Below, piece by piece: positions 34,955-37,800 of a stretch of DNA of 37,800 nt. The stretch comes from an uncultured Opitutaceae bacterium (GTDB lineage: Bacteria > Verrucomicrobiota > Verrucomicrobiia > Opitutales > Opitutaceae), in assembly GCA_964398015.1 (NCBI GenBank), contig CAYNLL010000003.1, forward strand, positions 1 to 37,800. Direction: 5' to 3'. The number at the start of each line of letters is the position of its first letter. Within the stretch, counting starts at the first letter, position 1. Under the pieces are notes generated by a model, which was not told the DNA's origin, searched no databases, and saw only the letters and a list, made by a program, of their open reading frames with translations. The position numbers and the translations under genes are program-made.

Positions 34955-36412
34955 TCAGTTGAGCTCGCGGCCGAAGTGCTGCTGGTACGCCTGCCTCAGC
35001 GCCTGCACCATCTCGGGCGGCATGCGCGGCTGCCGGCGCACGTGGTCCCACCACTGCAGCGCCAGGGCCTCGTTGCCCGCGTTGATGTAGTAGAAGGCGA
35101 GGGTCCCGATGACCTGGGGGTTCTCGGGCTGCTTCTCGAGGGCCTCGTTCAGCGCGGCCAGCGCCTCGTCCCCCCTGTTCAGCGAGAAGTAGATGTTCGC
35201 GAGCTCGATGAGGGGCCCGGACTCGCTGGGGTTGAGCCTGAAGGCATCCCGGTACTCCGCGATTGCGGCCTCCTTCTCGCCCGCGTCGTTGAGCCGTTTC
35301 GCCTCCTCGATGTGCAGGCTCGCGGAGTCGGGGCAGTTGGCGAGCCCGGAGCGCAGCGCCTGCTCGGCCGGGCCGCTCTGGCGCATGGCGACGAGGGCCT
35401 GGTAGAGCACGAGCCACGCGTCGTTGTCCGTGGGCGAGATGGCCACGGCCCTCTGCAGGTGCTCGACCGCCGAGGGGAAGTTGCCGTCGTGGGTCAGCAT
35501 CACGGCCAGCTGCCGGTGGAACGAGCTGCTCTTCGGCGCGAACGCTATCGCCCGCTCGAGCATCTGCTCGGCGCCGGGCCTGTTCCCCGACAGCGAGGCG
35601 ACCGAAGCCGCGACGCTCAGCCTGTAGGAGTCGAAGCAGTCGTCCATCAGGCCGTCCAGCCAGGGGTCGGCAAGGTCCTTGAACTCCCTCCGGCCGATGA
35701 TGGCCTTGACCTCGTCCGCCTCCGCCTGGTTTCCGAGGTGCTCGTCCACGGTCACGAGCGTCGACAGGCCGCCGATGAAGTCGGGATTGAGCTTCTTCGT
35801 GTAGAGGAGCCGGTCCCTGGCCTTGTTCCACTCGCCGGCGATCACGTCGGCCTTGGCCAGGCCGAGCAGTGCGTACGGGTCGTCGGGCGCCCTCGCCAGC
35901 ACCTCCGAGTAGGCACGCACGGCGTCCGCCACCTGGTTCCCCTTGAGGAGCTCGTCGCCGAGCCGGAGCCGGGCGGGGATGTAGCCCGGGGCGAGCCGGA
36001 CCGCGGCCTGCTCCCTGGGAAGGGCGTCGTCCTGCCGGCCGAACTGCGCGTAGATGTTCGCCTCGAGGTGGGGCCAGCGGGCGTCGCGCGGCTCCATCCG
36101 CCACAGGGCAGAATAGCACTGGAGCGCCTCGTTGTAGAACCCGTTGGCGTGGTAGAGGCGGCTGAGCGCCACAAGGCCGTCCACCGAATGGAGGTAGCTG
36201 CGGGCGCGCTGCTCCGAGTCGCCCACCTGGCTCGCGAATTCAGGCGGCAGCGCGCTCATGTCCGGCCGCTCGGGAATGGCCGCCAGCACGAGGCTTCGCC
36301 TGGCGACGGCGCGGGCGGCCAGCCCAGCCGCAGCCAGGAGGGCGGCGGCCGCCACCGCGTAGCCGATCCAGGCCCGGCGCGCGGGCCTCACTTCCTGGGC
36401 TTTTGTCGCCAT
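34955..36412 (-). CDS. membrane-anchored TPR-repeat protein
   Basis: An N-terminal TM helix WIGYAVAAAALLAAAGLAA is followed by multiple TPR-like units. It is 485 aa long and starts at ATG 36412. Confidence 0.8.
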   Translation of the reverse strand: MATKAQEVRPARRAWIGYAVAAAALLAAAGLAARAVARRSLVLAAIPERPDMSALPPEFASQVGDSEQRARSYLHSVDGLVALSRLYHANGFYNEALQCYSALWRMEPRDARWPHLEANIYAQFGRQDDALPREQAAVRLAPGYIPARLRLGDELLKGNQVADAVRAYSEVLARAPDDPYALLGLAKADVIAGEWNKARDRLLYTKKLNPDFIGGLSTLVTVDEHLGNQAEADEVKAIIGRREFKDLADPWLDGLMDDCFDSYRLSVAASVASLSGNRPGAEQMLERAIAFAPKSSSFHRQLAVMLTHDGNFPSAVEHLQRAVAISPTDNDAWLVLYQALVAMRQSGPAEQALRSGLANCPDSASLHIEEAKRLNDAGEKEAAIAEYRDAFRLNPSESGPLIELANIYFSLNRGDEALAALNEALEKQPENPQVIGTLAFYYINAGNEALALQWWDHVRRQPRMPPEMVQALRQAYQQHFGRELN

Positions 36413-37680
36413 AGGGTTATCCTGCCCATCCGTTCAAAGGGGGGATAGGCCGTGAAGCCGCCCGTCACGATGCTGGGCAGCCCCGAGCCGTCGAGGTCTC
36501 CGGCCGCGCAGGTGATCTGCATGATGGGCTCGTGGCTCAGGATGTGCATCGTGAAGTTCTGCTTGCCGTCGTTCTTGAAGACCACGAGCGAGGCGGCCTT
36601 CGGGTTCTTCCAGTTGTTGAAGGCGCTCGTGCAGACGATGTCCATCACGCCGTCCCCGTTGATGTCGATCCCGACGGGGGCGTAGGCGCCGGCCAGGTTG
36701 CCCACCCGGTGGTACTTGAAGAACCCGTTGCCGAGGTTCTCGAGCCACTGCACGCCGTGCCACGGGCGCAGGCCGGGGTCGGCGTAGGCGAACCCGTCGC
36801 CGTTGGTGTAGAGGATGTCGGGCCGCCCGTCGTGGTTGACGTCGCAGAGGCAGATGCCGCTGCTCCCGTAGTCCTCGTTGGTCGAGCCGAAAATCACCTT
36901 GCTGGTGAAGTTCCCGTTGCCGTCGTTCTGGAACAGGTAGATCTCCTCGTACTGCTGCGAGACCAGCGCGACGATGTCCTTGTGCCCATGGCCGGTCATG
37001 TCCGCGATGCAGACGTTGATGGTCCCGGAGAGGCTGAGGAGGATGTGGCTCTCGAACTGCCAGTTGCCGAGATTGCGCATCCAGCGGATCTCGCCCTGGT
37101 CGTAGCCGAACTGGCCCACGGCTAGGTCCAGCTTCCCGTCGCCGTCCAGGTCGGCGGCCTGGACATCGGTCACGCGGGCGATGTGCTCCGCGATCACGTG
37201 CCTGGTGAAGTGCTGGTGGCCGTCGTTCTCAAGGATGATGATGGAGCCGATCTTGTCGTTGTTGGGGAACACCTCGCCCATGCAGGCGACGAGGAGGTCC
37301 AGGTGGCCCGTGTTGTTCATGTCGACGGCCTCCACGTGCACCACGCCCGGCAGGTCGGTGGCGAGCACCTGCTCCACGAACTTGCCGCGCGAGACCTGGC
37401 GCAGCCAGACGATCGCGTTGAGATGGTCGTCGCAGGCCAGGATGTCGGGCAGCCCGTCCTGGTCGAGGTCGACGATGGTGACGTGGGAGATCCACGGCGT
37501 TCCCTCGTACGCGTTTCCGACCGCCTCGGGCGTGAACCGGGACGTGTCCTCGACCGCCGTCGACTGCTCGACGGTGATAGGCGCCTCGGCGGCCTGTCGC
37601 GCGCAGCCCGAAAACGCTAGGCCGGCGCAGGCGGCGGCAAGGGCGAGGAGGGGGGCGCTGCGCTGCGTGGGGGAGGGCAT
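36388..37680 (-). CDS. FG-GAP/VCBS-repeat lipoprotein (beta-propeller)
   Basis: The signal peptide with lipobox is LLALAAACAGLAFSGC. Repeated DxDxDGxxD(I/L) motifs follow: DLDQDGLPDIL, DMNNTGHLDLL, DLDGDGKLDL, DVNHDGRPDIL, DINGDGVMDIV and DLDGSGLPS. Its 3' end overlaps the TPR gene start by 25 nt. Confidence 0.88.
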   Translation of the reverse strand: MPSPTQRSAPLLALAAACAGLAFSGCARQAAEAPITVEQSTAVEDTSRFTPEAVGNAYEGTPWISHVTIVDLDQDGLPDILACDDHLNAIVWLRQVSRGKFVEQVLATDLPGVVHVEAVDMNNTGHLDLLVACMGEVFPNNDKIGSIIILENDGHQHFTRHVIAEHIARVTDVQAADLDGDGKLDLAVGQFGYDQGEIRWMRNLGNWQFESHILLSLSGTINVCIADMTGHGHKDIVALVSQQYEEIYLFQNDGNGNFTSKVIFGSTNEDYGSSGICLCDVNHDGRPDILYTNGDGFAYADPGLRPWHGVQWLENLGNGFFKYHRVGNLAGAYAPVGIDINGDGVMDIVCTSAFNNWKNPKAASLVVFKNDGKQNFTMHILSHEPIMQITCAAGDLDGSGLPSIVTGGFTAYPPFERMGRITLWRQKPRK

Positions 37681-37800
37681 GTGCGATGCCGCCCGTGAGC
37701 TAGGGGGCGGCGAGGATCAGGGTCGGCGAAGTCTGCGGGGAGTCGCCCGACGTCATAAGACCCGAGGGCCACCGAATGCGAACATTTTTCGGCGGGTTGG

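Noticed and set aside
34976-36448. 490-aa plus-strand ORF
   Set aside because: It lies antisense to the TPR protein. It has a Val/Arg/Gly/Pro-rich shadow composition.

Overview
This is a high-GC chromosomal segment from a diderm bacterium, as shown by kdsA, lipoprotein lipoboxes and a Tat signal. A PVC/Verrucomicrobia-like origin is only my impression from gene content. Because of the GC content, most long ORFs in the track are antisense or frame-shadow artefacts, so I called genes by recognisable protein families and start-codon context.

Core genes:
- proA (partial)
- A four-gene module of membrane protein, wHTH regulator, ABC ATPase and ABC-2 permease
- A PfkB kinase with a coupled small unknown protein
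- pyrG-kdsA
- A lipoyl+PSBD stub protein translationally coupled to a FabH-type KAS III
- rsmE
- A PAS hybrid histidine kinase
- A membrane-embedded spermidine-synthase-like protein
- A TMTC-like membrane+TPR protein
- A mannan-type catabolic trio (GH2, AGE-family 2-epimerase, GH130 mannosylglucose phosphorylase)
- A TPR / FG-GAP lipoprotein pair

Two lower-GC accessory segments are anchored at tRNA genes:
- tRNA-Leu(CAA) is followed by a ladder of three further copies of its 3' end. These delimit three small integrase-less islets carrying a DUF2306-like membrane protein, a nucleotidyltransferase-fold two-gene module and a secreted TPR protein. A further lower-GC block follows (two aldo/keto reductases, a STAS-like gene, GNAT).
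- tRNA-Phe(GAA) is followed by a 2.36-kb island closed by a perfect 33-nt copy of the tRNA 3' end.

The candidates I consider most worth follow-up:
- The E2-stub/FabH coupled pair
- The tRNA-Leu accretion ladder and its NTase module
- A 30-nt motif that brackets the spermidine-synthase-like gene and runs into tRNA-Phe
- A palindrome-rich AT island controlling the wHTH/ABC module

No CRISPR array, rRNA, transposase or integrase gene was found.
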